In this document: in pieces, positions 49,280 through 56,994 of the stretch
Position numbering within the stretch: position 1 is the first letter of the stretch
Layout: every line of letters begins with the position of its first letter
Source of the DNA: an uncultured candidatus Porisulfidus sp.
GTDB lineage: Bacteria; Pseudomonadota; Gammaproteobacteria; Poriferisulfidales; Oxydemutatoraceae
Assembly (NCBI GenBank): GCA_965215125.1
Contig: OZ244052.1
Location: 128,001 to 192,000, forward strand
Direction of reading: 5' to 3'
Length of the DNA: 64,000 nucleotides
Translations under genes and position numbers: made by a program
Notes under the pieces: generated by a model
Told to the model about the DNA's origin: nothing
Databases searched by the model: none
What the model saw: only the letters and a program-made list of their open reading frames with translations

Positions 49280-49340
49280 CGCTCCTAAAGGGATATTGAC
49301 CTTCCCCCATTTTCAGGGCCAAAACTTAAATGAGATCTGT

Positions 49341-49370
49341 ATTATAAGTCACCTCTGTGCCTTATGCTAA
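49341..49370 (-). promoter_or_regulatory. Candidate outward-facing promoter inside the IS end, pointing at the giant gene
   Basis: Minus strand TTAGCA-N18-TATAAT; the -10 at 49341-49346 is about 60 nt upstream of the giant gene start. Confidence 0.4.
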
Positions 49371-49574
49371 TAAAATCTTAAATAAAGCTAGATTTCCAAG
49401 CTCGCATTCCAATATGGGTTGGTTATTCTCGTTCAGTGGCAATTTAGACAAAATCCTATGTTGTTGCCTAAATTGAAGTCTTGCAACTAAAAAACCAGCC
49501 TCATAATGCGCCTTTAAGCGACGATCTCTAGTCGAGATGACCTCTACTAGCTGCTGATTTTTAGCTCGTTTCAT
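49362..49574 (-). CDS. Hypothetical 70-aa passenger ORF inside the IS
   Basis: ATG-initiated ORF between the transposase stop and the IS end; no recognisable motif. Confidence 0.35.
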   Translation of the reverse strand: MKRAKNQQLVEVISTRDRRLKAHYEAGFLVARLQFRQQHRILSKLPLNENNQPILECELGNLALFKILLA

Positions 49575-49595
49575 AACTACTAAACAAGCCTTACG

Positions 49596-50414
49596 CTACG
49601 CAACACGTGTGGCGAATGCTACCGGGGTCATATAATCTAATGAGCTATGCGGGCGTTCATGGTTATAGTGGTATCGCCACTGTTCAATAATATGACGCAC
49701 TTCCTGAAGGCTGCGGAACCAGTGCTGGTTAAGGCAATTGTCTCTAAACTTACCGTTCAGGCTTTCCACCAAAGCATTCTGGGTCGGTTTACCCGGTTGA
49801 ATAAAGTATAGTTCCACGCCGCTATCTTGCGACCAGACCTGCATCTTTTTACTAGTGAACTCCGGCCCGTTGTCGCAGACGATGCTTTGCGGACAACCTC
49901 GCTCGGCGATGAGTTGCTCTAAACATCTCACCACTTGCCCACTGCTAATCGAAAAACCAGCGAATTGACCGATCAGTTCGCGACTGTAATCGTCCATCAC
50001 ATTGAATATCCTAAACGACCTGCCGTCGCTTAACCGATCATGCACAAAGTCCATTGACCAGCGACAATTCACCTGTTCAGGCAATGCCTGCCGTTGCCTC
50101 GTGCGGATGAGCTTCTTGCGCAGTCTTTTGGGTACTTGCAGTCTCGCTTCTTTGTAGATGCGGTGAACCCGTTTTTTATTCACTACAAAGCCTGCCTCTC
50201 GTAGCAAACGGTAGAGTAGCAAATAGCCATAGCGTGGATACTTGCTTGCCAACTCGCACAAGCGACTTCTAATCTCTGCATCACAACGCGGCTGTGCTTG
50301 ATAGTGATAACTACTACGGCTGATCCCGACCAGCTCGCAACTGCGCCTCTCACTCAAACTCCAATGAGTATTCAGCTCTGCAACAACGCTTCTTTTGCTT
50401 GCCGGGGTCACCAC
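49596..50414 (-). CDS. IS3-family transposase OrfB (DDE integrase core), expressed by -1 frameshift from OrfA
   Basis: WSMDFVHD, DDYSRE, CDNGPEF, PGKPTQNALVESLNGKFRDNCLN and YNHERPHSSL motifs; A6G slippery site (TCAAAAAAGTGG) at about 50411-50422. Confidence 0.95.
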   Translation of the reverse strand: MVTPASKRSVVAELNTHWSLSERRSCELVGISRSSYHYQAQPRCDAEIRSRLCELASKYPRYGYLLLYRLLREAGFVVNKKRVHRIYKEARLQVPKRLRKKLIRTRQRQALPEQVNCRWSMDFVHDRLSDGRSFRIFNVMDDYSRELIGQFAGFSISSGQVVRCLEQLIAERGCPQSIVCDNGPEFTSKKMQVWSQDSGVELYFIQPGKPTQNALVESLNGKFRDNCLNQHWFRSLQEVRHIIEQWRYHYNHERPHSSLDYMTPVAFATRVA

Positions 50415-50671
50415 TTTTTTGATAGCACATCCTTGAGGGCGGTGATTTCTAATAGTTGCTCGCCGAGTAGTTTCTTGAGTCGGTTATTCTCCGATACAAG
50501 GTTCTTTAATCGCTTGGCATCATTGACTTCTAACCCGGCATATTTGCTACGCCAGTTGTAAAAGGTGCCATGCGCTATACCGAGTTCTCGGCAAATGTCC
50601 TCTGTGCTGCGACCTGCCTCGTGCGATTTGATCGCACCGATAATTTGCTCTTCTGTATATCGTTTATTCAT
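50408..50671 (-). CDS. IS3-family transposase OrfA (HTH)
   Basis: KRYTEEQII...ICRELGI...TFYNWRSKY.G...ENNRLKKL...LKDVLSKKW; AGGAGG RBS upstream of a TTG/ATG start region. Confidence 0.95.
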   Translation of the reverse strand: MNKRYTEEQIIGAIKSHEAGRSTEDICRELGIAHGTFYNWRSKYAGLEVNDAKRLKNLVSENNRLKKLLGEQLLEITALKDVLSKKW

Positions 50672-50773
50672 TTTGAAACCTCCTGTTGTTTACTAATTTA
50701 ACTGGAAATCTCATCTTTGTCATGGCCCAGTTTTGGGGGGTAAGGTCAATATAACTTATACAATTATCGTGTG

Positions 50774-50782
50774 ATTATAACA
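50774..50782 (-). promoter_or_regulatory. Extended -10 element (TGtTATAAT), probable native promoter of the giant gene, now displaced by the IS
   Basis: Perfect TGnTATAAT on the minus strand. Removing the IS and one ATAT places it about 40 nt upstream of the TTG, the same geometry as the element at 2071-2079. Confidence 0.6.
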
Positions 50783-50868
50783 TTTTTCTATAGTTCCCGA
50801 AAATCACTTAGCTTTAATTCTGCAGTAGAGAAACTTAAATAGCCGAGTCTCGTATCACACATGCATTA

Positions 50869-51037
50869 GGAGGGGAATGGACCACCCCGTCAGGCGAAGC
50901 CTGCCACCCCTCCAGAGGAGGGGAATGGACCACCCCGGCAGGCGAAGCCTGCCACCCCTCCAGAGGAGGGGAATGGACCACCCCGTCAGGCGAAGCCTGC
51001 CACCCCTCCAGAGGAGGGGAATGGACCACCCCGGCAG
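50869..51037 (+). repeat. Tandem array of the 48-bp REP-like double-hairpin unit (family A), about 3.5 copies
   Basis: ACCACCCCG(T/G)CAGGCGAAGCCTGCCACCCCTCCAGAGGAGGGGAATGG begins at 50881, 50929, 50977 and 51025 (partial); no unique spacers. Confidence 0.95.
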
Positions 51038-51152
51038 CTGAAAAAGCCTTATCTTTCCTACACTCTATACACTTCGTCGGTTATTTGGTGCATTTAATCG
51101 TTTTGTGCTTCGGCGCATATATTCGGCGTTTTATGCTGTATGCAGGTGATTT

Positions 51153-52637
51153 ATGAATATCCATAGAAACAATATCGGGGTGGAAATATCTCCGTCGGTG
51201 TTGCGGGTTGCGAGCCTGCTCCGCGGCAAAGGCGTATTGCATTTAACGGCAACCGGTGAGGTGCGATTGCCTTATCGCGATTTCGACGATTTGTACAAAC
51301 ACCCCGAAGAGTGTGGCAGCGCACTGAACGATTTATGTACACGAAGCGGTATACAATCCGGCTACGCTATTACGACATTACCGGCATCGCATGCTAAATC
51401 AAAATGTGTCGCACTACCATTGATGAGCCGGCGGGCATTGTCGCGTAGGTTATCCAGCAGACACTTCTGGCATAAGCACTTGGGAGTCGGCAACGACAGT
51501 TATAGTTATGCTCGGCTGACAACGGTACACGATAAGCAACGGTATCGTTTATCGATCTATCTGATGGCGGCACCCAACATCACACTTGCTTTCTATAAGG
51601 CAGTGTTTGCGCACACGCAGCTATCGCTCGATGTATTGACACTTTCCTCATTGACATATTACGGCGTACAATACGAGCAACCCGTCGCTCGTCTGTTGGT
51701 CCTCAACGAATACGAGGCGTATCTGGCACACTTCGGGACAAATGTCTTCTCGCATCGGACGATATTGTCCGACTACGACCATAAAAATCTATGCGCATCG
51801 TCCGCCACCGAAATAGCTTGCGACGATAAGCGAGTAGCTACCGCTTTGCAACATTTATCCGAGTCTCTGCACGAGCGTTTGCGTAGCGAGCAAGGCGACA
51901 ACCATACCGTACATCTAATCGCTAATTTGAACCGACAAACAATCACACGATTAGAAACCCGGAGCTTGAACGATATCGTATTAAAGCCTTTGGATATCAC
52001 CGAGAACATCGAGCGGTCGGCACGAGTAAAAAATAATGATGCCACGATGTCGGCACCGATTGCGTTGGCGCATTGGCTGGTATCGCACCCTGCGACTTTC
52101 AAAACACAAGCCAACTTCATTCACAATCACCGTAATGTGTATTACAAAAGTGCCGCTTGCTGGATACTTTCAACGATTATCTCGGCGATACTATTCTTTC
52201 ATTATCAGCATATAGTCGCTTTGGATGCCGCACAGCATTCTCAACTGCTATACCAAGCACAATTATCGGCACGACAAAACGAATATAAAAACAACATCAA
52301 TGCGCTAAGGCAACGCATTGAACGACAACGACAAATGCGGACACAGATGCAATTTTTATCCGAGCGGCATCATTCGGCGATGATCTTATGGACACGCATG
52401 GGTGCCGTCATCCCTCAATCCATCAAGATAGAAAGCATAGATTGCCGATGGCAAAACAGCTGTTTGATAACCGCCGCCACAGACGATTACGGACAACTTA
52501 TACACTTTGTAGAGCAGCTGGAGCAACTGGATATGATCCACGAGGTCTCTGTAGACAGTAGTCAAACAATGCAAGAACATCCTAGTGCAATGCAATTCAC
52601 GCTCACCTGCAAGCTCAATAACGGAATAGATGAATGA
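51153..52637 (+). CDS. PilM-PilN fusion (GspL-like architecture) of a type IV pilus/type II secretion-like assembly platform
   Basis: N-terminal IGVEISPSVLRV resembles the PilM actin-fold start. ANFI (PilN INLL-like) precedes one TM segment, a coiled coil and a PilN-type C-terminus (IPQSIKIESI...LIHFVEQLEQ...FTLTCKL). First gene of an M-N-O-P-Q ordered operon. Confidence 0.7.
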   Translation: MNIHRNNIGVEISPSVLRVASLLRGKGVLHLTATGEVRLPYRDFDDLYKHPEECGSALNDLCTRSGIQSGYAITTLPASHAKSKCVALPLMSRRALSRRLSSRHFWHKHLGVGNDSYSYARLTTVHDKQRYRLSIYLMAAPNITLAFYKAVFAHTQLSLDVLTLSSLTYYGVQYEQPVARLLVLNEYEAYLAHFGTNVFSHRTILSDYDHKNLCASSATEIACDDKRVATALQHLSESLHERLRSEQGDNHTVHLIANLNRQTITRLETRSLNDIVLKPLDITENIERSARVKNNDATMSAPIALAHWLVSHPATFKTQANFIHNHRNVYYKSAACWILSTIISAILFFHYQHIVALDAAQHSQLLYQAQLSARQNEYKNNINALRQRIERQRQMRTQMQFLSERHHSAMILWTRMGAVIPQSIKIESIDCRWQNSCLITAATDDYGQLIHFVEQLEQLDMIHEVSVDSSQTMQEHPSAMQFTLTCKLNNGIDE

Positions 52638-53296
52638 CTGCGCAGAACGACAATGCCATGAACAACGACATCGGTGGCAACGATTGGACGAGTATGTTCG
52701 CATACCGTGTTTATAGATATTTTAATCGCTCCGACAATCGCCTATACAACCCGAACGATTTGTATCGCTCCGTCGTCTATATCTCGCTGGCACTCTCGCT
52801 GATCGTTCCCGGTGCTTGTTTTGTGGGCTTTGTATATCCGACAGCGGTGGACTATGCAACGACTAAAGCACAGCTCGCATCCATCCCTATGCTAAAGCGA
52901 CAAATCGCACAACTGGATAAGATGTACCGAAGTACACACATAACTTTGACCGAATTGGAGACCGATTTTCCGCCGGCTTCATTAGATAATGCAACGCTAC
53001 ACCACAATGCCATAGATCTGCATCGCATGGCACACAATCATCGGCTAAGGATCGTGGCGACGAACACTATAAACGACCATCGAGTAATGCCTCGATTCAC
53101 CGAGTATTTCACGACAACGCATTACTCGTGGCATTTGCAAGGACGATTCACCGATTATCTCAGATTCAAAAAAGCACTTTGGAAGGCCAGCCCCTCGACA
53201 CAAATGGAGCGCGAGCATCTCTCGACAAGGGATGACCGGCAACTCGATATCGTCGTTGATCTCAGCGTGTATCAACCCGTAAAGGTTAACTTGTAA
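52634..53296 (+). CDS. PilO/GspM-like inner-membrane protein
   Basis: One TM segment, coiled coil, LQGRFTDYLRF resembling the PilO G.Y....F motif; ATGA overlap with the upstream gene; operon position. Confidence 0.6.
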   Translation: MTAQNDNAMNNDIGGNDWTSMFAYRVYRYFNRSDNRLYNPNDLYRSVVYISLALSLIVPGACFVGFVYPTAVDYATTKAQLASIPMLKRQIAQLDKMYRSTHITLTELETDFPPASLDNATLHHNAIDLHRMAHNHRLRIVATNTINDHRVMPRFTEYFTTTHYSWHLQGRFTDYLRFKKALWKASPSTQMEREHLSTRDDRQLDIVVDLSVYQPVKVNL

Positions 53297-53303
53297 AAGC
53301 ATC

Positions 53304-53702
53304 ATGTTTGTAAGACCGCGATATAAGCCAACCCTACCGATGGTTACATGGTTGCTATGCCTACTTTGTTTGATTGTTCCGTTTTCGAGTGCCGACGGCG
53401 TAGAAGTTATTGCACGCGAGAATCATTTTCAGACTCACGAGAAACTTTCGCAACCGGCAAAACCGAAGCAACGGCAAATTGATCCACTCACAGCTTATCC
53501 GGTGCAACGGTATGTCGTACACGGTGTTATCGTCGCGGCGGACAACGCAATAGCGGTTGTTTATTCGCCGCACAATACTTGGCATAGATTGCAAGTGCAT
53601 ACGCAATTAGGACAAGAGCAAGCGGTCATTCAACAAATTACAACCAGGGGTATACAAATAAAGATGCAAAACACACTGTTATGGCTACCGGTATTGCCAT
53701 GA
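53304..53702 (+). CDS. pilP: PilP-like (GspC HR-type) protein
   Basis: DPLTAYPVQRYVVHGVI...AIAVV...LGQEQAVIQQIT matches the PilP beta-domain pattern; lies directly before the secretin gene. Confidence 0.7.
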   Translation: MFVRPRYKPTLPMVTWLLCLLCLIVPFSSADGVEVIARENHFQTHEKLSQPAKPKQRQIDPLTAYPVQRYVVHGVIVAADNAIAVVYSPHNTWHRLQVHTQLGQEQAVIQQITTRGIQIKMQNTLLWLPVLP

Positions 53703-55129
53703 ATGTCGTAATGAAAATCGCTTGCATATTTTGTTTTGCGGTAGTCGCCGTTGCGTTGTTATCGGCTTGTGCTTATTTTGAAAAACCGGCTATACCTTCG
53801 GACGAGCCTTTGATAGATCAACAGGCTTTTATCAACCAACACCACACTGTGCGTCCGCCCTCGCCGCCGACACGATCGTCGGCGGTATCTTACCGGCAAC
53901 GGCGTATCCCGTTATTATCCGAACCTTTACCGTCGCACGAAGCTGCCACAGCAAAGCCGGCGATGATTAGTTTGAGGTTGGTCGGTGTACCACTACGCGT
54001 CTTTGCGTCTATGTTGTCCGATTTAACCGGTCATAACATTCTCATCGCACCCGATGTGAACGGCACCGTCAACTACGATCTCAATCGCATTGGCTGGCGC
54101 GATGCACTGCATACCATTGCCGAATTGCACGGGCTTAGGGTTGACGAATACACCGATAAAAAACTAATACAACTTTATAAAAATACCGGTAAACAAAAAA
54201 ATACAAACGCACGGATGAACGGGCGATCGGCAAAAGCGCACAATGTCGAACTATTCAAACTGCGTTATGCCGACGCCGAGAAAATCGCAACCCTACTAAA
54301 ATCTCTATTGGCTGCGCAACAAAAGAAACCCGGTAATAACGACGATACTTCGGTGGTCGAAAGCTCGGTGGTCGGCGATAAAAGCAGTCACTCCTTAATC
54401 GTACAGGGTGATCGACAAACCATAGAACTCGCTGCCTCGTTGATCGGCACGATAGATGTGCCGCAACGACAAGTGATGATAGAAGCGTTTATCGTAGAAG
54501 CCGGCGAAGATTTCACACGCGCGTTGGGCGCGCGCCTGGGCAAACACAAAGGCGGGGTTTTCAACACCGACAACATTAACGGCCCTTATCTTAATGTGCC
54601 GGTTGCCGGGGGCAGCGGTGGATTGGGTTTGACTTTCGGTAGTGCACGCATACGCGTAGAGCTGAGTGCCTTGGAAAAAGCCGGCAAGAGCCGACTGATA
54701 TCAAATCCCAAGATCTTCACACTGGATAATCAATCGGCAATGATATTTGAAGGTAGCGAAGTGCCCTATCAAACGGTCTCCGACAGCGGCACACAGACCG
54801 AATTCAAACAAGCGGGACTCAAACTCGCAGTCACCCCGAGTATCGTCAACGAACAACATCTGATGCTGGATTTGGCAATCAACAAAGATACCGTAGACAC
54901 TCGGCTACAAAACCCACCGATCACACGCCGTGAATTGACGAGCCGCCTGTTGGTGCGTAGCGGCGATGTGGTCGTCATCGGCGGCATCTATCTCAAAAAG
55001 CAGGTGCGAGCATTTGAAGGCATGCCTTTTATTACGCATCTACCGTTTATCGGTGATTGGTTCCGATACAAAAGACGCGAAGGCGATGTTAAGGAATTGA
55101 TGGTCTTTATCGCGCCGCAAATCGTATGA
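53699..55129 (+). CDS. pilQ: Secretin (PilQ/GspD family) with lipoprotein signal
   Basis: FKLRYADAE, IDVPQRQVMIEAFIVE, LSALEKAG...ISNPKIFTLDNQSA, GLKLAVTP and VVIGGIY...ELMVFIAPQIV motifs; lipobox LLSAC. ATG at 53699 overlaps the pilP stop (ATGA); the ORF track start is 53681. Confidence 0.9.
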   Translation: MNVVMKIACIFCFAVVAVALLSACAYFEKPAIPSDEPLIDQQAFINQHHTVRPPSPPTRSSAVSYRQRRIPLLSEPLPSHEAATAKPAMISLRLVGVPLRVFASMLSDLTGHNILIAPDVNGTVNYDLNRIGWRDALHTIAELHGLRVDEYTDKKLIQLYKNTGKQKNTNARMNGRSAKAHNVELFKLRYADAEKIATLLKSLLAAQQKKPGNNDDTSVVESSVVGDKSSHSLIVQGDRQTIELAASLIGTIDVPQRQVMIEAFIVEAGEDFTRALGARLGKHKGGVFNTDNINGPYLNVPVAGGSGGLGLTFGSARIRVELSALEKAGKSRLISNPKIFTLDNQSAMIFEGSEVPYQTVSDSGTQTEFKQAGLKLAVTPSIVNEQHLMLDLAINKDTVDTRLQNPPITRRELTSRLLVRSGDVVVIGGIYLKKQVRAFEGMPFITHLPFIGDWFRYKRREGDVKELMVFIAPQIV

Positions 55130-56310
55130 GTAGGCAATTAACACTAGACGGGCATAGCGAAGTCATCTATTTCGTCGAAGCGATGCTCCGTCAAGCTCTA
55201 AGCTACAACGCCAGCGATATACACATAGAGCGATACGATGCCGGTAGCCGATTGCGCTATAGACTCGACGGCGTACTGCAAGAAGTGCAAACCGATGACT
55301 TTATGCAAGTGCAATATGCCGGTATCGTATCCAGAATCAAATTACTCGCCGGATTGGATATTGCCGAGCGCAGATTGCCTCAGGACGGACGCTTTTCCTT
55401 TGACGACGATAGTGCGTGTGTTGATATTCGCGTCTCTATCGTGCCGTCGCTATCCGGCGAGCGTATCGTGTTGAGACTGCTCGACAGCGGCGGCTTCACA
55501 CCGCGCTTGGATGCGCTCGGTATGAACGAACAACACTTAAGTTTGATGCAACAAGCATTAAAGCGTAACCAAGGTATGCTACTGGTCACCGGACCTACCG
55601 GTAGCGGCAAGACGACAACCCTATACGCCGGCATACACGCAATCAACCGTTCCGATATCAACATTCTTACCGCCGAAGACCCGGTTGAATACAAAATCGG
55701 CGGCATCAATCAAGTGGAAGTGAAAGAAACAATCGGTCTGGGGTTTGCCGATATACTGCGGGCTTTTTTGCGGCAAGACCCCGAGGTGATTTTGGTCGGT
55801 GAAATGCGCGACTACGAGACTGCCGATATCGCAATCAAAGCCGCATTAACCGGGCATCTAGTTATGAGCACCTTGCACACCCGAAATATCACCGGCACTA
55901 TCGCACGACTCATTAACATCGGGATACCCGCCTATTTGGTCGGTGCTGCCGTCAATCTTATCGTCTGTCAGCGTCTGCTTAGAAAAATATGCTTGCATTG
56001 CAAAGCACCCTGCCATTCTATACCGTCGGCTTGGCAGTCCAAAGTCAACGGCAAAGGGCCGTCGCAGTTATATCACGGTCGCGGGTGCAAACACTGTCGT
56101 TATACCGGTTTCTCCGGCAGACAGGCCGCTTATGAAATGCTGGTAGTGGACGACGAACTCGGACACCTCATATCAAACTATACCGATTCGCCGGCGACTG
56201 CCGATCTACAATTAAAGAAACGTTGCAGCACAACTTTGCAGCAAGCAGGTATGGAATTGTTGCAGTTAGGCATCATCAGCCCCGAGGAATACTTGCGGGT
56301 ATTGGCTTAA
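55126..56310 (+). CDS. GspE/PilB-family secretion ATPase, short form lacking the N-terminal domain
   Basis: ASDIHIE, LDIAERRLPQDG, Walker A GPTGSGKTT, TAEDPVE, LRQDPEVILVGEMRD, GHLVMSTLHT and the CxxC...CxxC zinc motif. Confidence 0.93.
   Translation: MSRQLTLDGHSEVIYFVEAMLRQALSYNASDIHIERYDAGSRLRYRLDGVLQEVQTDDFMQVQYAGIVSRIKLLAGLDIAERRLPQDGRFSFDDDSACVDIRVSIVPSLSGERIVLRLLDSGGFTPRLDALGMNEQHLSLMQQALKRNQGMLLVTGPTGSGKTTTLYAGIHAINRSDINILTAEDPVEYKIGGINQVEVKETIGLGFADILRAFLRQDPEVILVGEMRDYETADIAIKAALTGHLVMSTLHTRNITGTIARLINIGIPAYLVGAAVNLIVCQRLLRKICLHCKAPCHSIPSAWQSKVNGKGPSQLYHGRGCKHCRYTGFSGRQAAYEMLVVDDELGHLISNYTDSPATADLQLKKRCSTTLQQAGMELLQLGIISPEEYLRVLA
56178..56223 (+). repeat. 46-bp exact direct repeat, copy 1 (inside the ATPase gene)
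   Basis: CTATACCGATTCGCCGGCGACTGCCGATCTACAATTAAAGAAACGT is identical to 56995-57040. Confidence 0.95.
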
Positions 56311-56413
56311 AAGGGGTGTCGTCATAGAACCCGATCAAAAAAGATACCGAGACTACGGATTACCCGGCGTAAAAGAGCTTCCGGACTCCGCGTTTGCAGA
56401 GGTTCCTAAATTA

Positions 56414-56809
56414 TTGCCCAAAGCAAAATCAAGTAACCTTGCTTACGCTCAGATTGTAAAAGCTGTGTTTGATGAAAAAAATAACTTTCGCTACATTCGC
56501 ACACCACTAGAACCAGTTGTCGTTAGCAAGAAAGGATTAAAGTATATATCTGAAAAAATACCGGATGCTCGCGAGAGGTATGCTAACTTCATTCTCCCTA
56601 CATTGTCTGCCCCGAATGAAATTTGGTTGACTAGATATGATGACGGCAGTTTCCGTCGTCGGTTTATTAAATTATATAGAGGCAAAAAGAATATGTTGAT
56701 AATCGCTCGAGAGAATATAAACGGTAGTTTGTTTTGGAACGCCATACCGGCACGGACAAATTATGTAGACGATCAGCGAACCAGAACTTTACTTTATGAG
56801 AATAATTAA
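56414..56809 (+). CDS. PBECR-type (phage Barnase/EndoU/ColicinE5-D/RelE-like) nuclease domain; probable C-terminal remnant of a Mu gpF-like head protein
   Basis: RERYANFILPTLSAPNEIW...RRRFIKLY...FWNAIP...YVDDQR..LLY recalls PBECR2 domains (from memory). The frame stays open upstream (PDQKRYRDYGLP) without a good start codon. AT-rich relative to neighbouring genes. Confidence 0.6.
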   Translation: MPKAKSSNLAYAQIVKAVFDEKNNFRYIRTPLEPVVVSKKGLKYISEKIPDARERYANFILPTLSAPNEIWLTRYDDGSFRRRFIKLYRGKKNMLIIARENINGSLFWNAIPARTNYVDDQRTRTLLYENN

Positions 56810-56810
56810 A

Positions 56811-56910
56811 GTGCGTGGCAAGCGGAGTCTCGCAGACAGTTAGGTGTTTGTAGTAGCCGAATGAACTTAAAGCCTAACCTAATTTCATCCTTCGGGTGCT
56901 TGCCGCGCAC
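56811..56910 (-). ncRNA. Candidate ~100-nt structured RNA convergent with the nuclease gene
   Basis: 13-bp closing stem (56811-56823 with 56898-56910, one non-Watson-Crick position) enclosing GTCT/AGAC and GTTAGG/CCTAAC stems. A minus-strand promoter sits immediately upstream and a U-rich tract follows. Strand is inferred from the promoter. Confidence 0.45.
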
Positions 56911-56914
56911 CGCA

Positions 56915-56942
56915 AGTATACCACAATGAAAATAGATATCAA
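56915..56942 (-). promoter_or_regulatory. Sigma70-type promoter TTGATA-N16-TATACT with TG extension
   Basis: -35 at 56937-56942 and TGgTATACT at 56915-56923 on the minus strand; the predicted start (~56908-56910) coincides with the stem boundary. Confidence 0.55.
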
Positions 56943-56994
56943 AATCAAAGACAAAAAGGCACTACAAGCGTTAAACCTTTTAGCGCGTCGCGGT
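56926..56994 (+). pseudogene. Truncated 5' end of a probable Mu gpG-like virion morphogenesis gene
   Basis: MKIDIKIKDKKALQALNLLARRG is cut off exactly at the 46-bp repeat. Its position after a gpF-like C-terminus fits the Mu F-G gene order. Similarity is judged from memory only. Confidence 0.4.

Larger units (their letters stand above)
49297..50748 (-). mobile_element. IS3-family insertion sequence (IS407-group-like), 1452 bp, with 4-bp target duplication ATAT
   Basis: Imperfect terminal inverted repeats TGACCTT-CCCCCATTTTCAGGGCC..ATGAGAT and TGACCTTACCCCCCAAAACTGGGCC..ATGAGAT, with 5'-TG...CA-3' ends. ATAT at 49293-49296 and 50749-50752. orfA and orfB lie inside. Confidence 0.95.

Noticed and set aside
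4358-49279. RTX/T1SS adhesin or autotransporter assignment
   Set aside because: No GGxGxDxL nonapeptides, no C-terminal beta-barrel or terminal aromatic residue, a Sec signal is present, and there are no T1SS or TpsB genes in the window.
5024-49370. Many plus-strand and alternate-frame ORFs of 60-230 aa overlapping the giant gene
   Set aside because: Shadow ORFs caused by codon bias and repeats in the giant ORF; no recognisable motifs.
50835-51029. 64-aa ORF with VVHSPPLEGWQASP repeats (and the similar ORF at 4246-4467)
   Set aside because: These are translations of the 48-bp repeat, whose length is a multiple of 3; there is no sign of real coding.
50869-51037. Possible CRISPR array
   Set aside because: The units are contiguous with no unique spacers and no cas genes are present; it is a tandem REP-like repeat.
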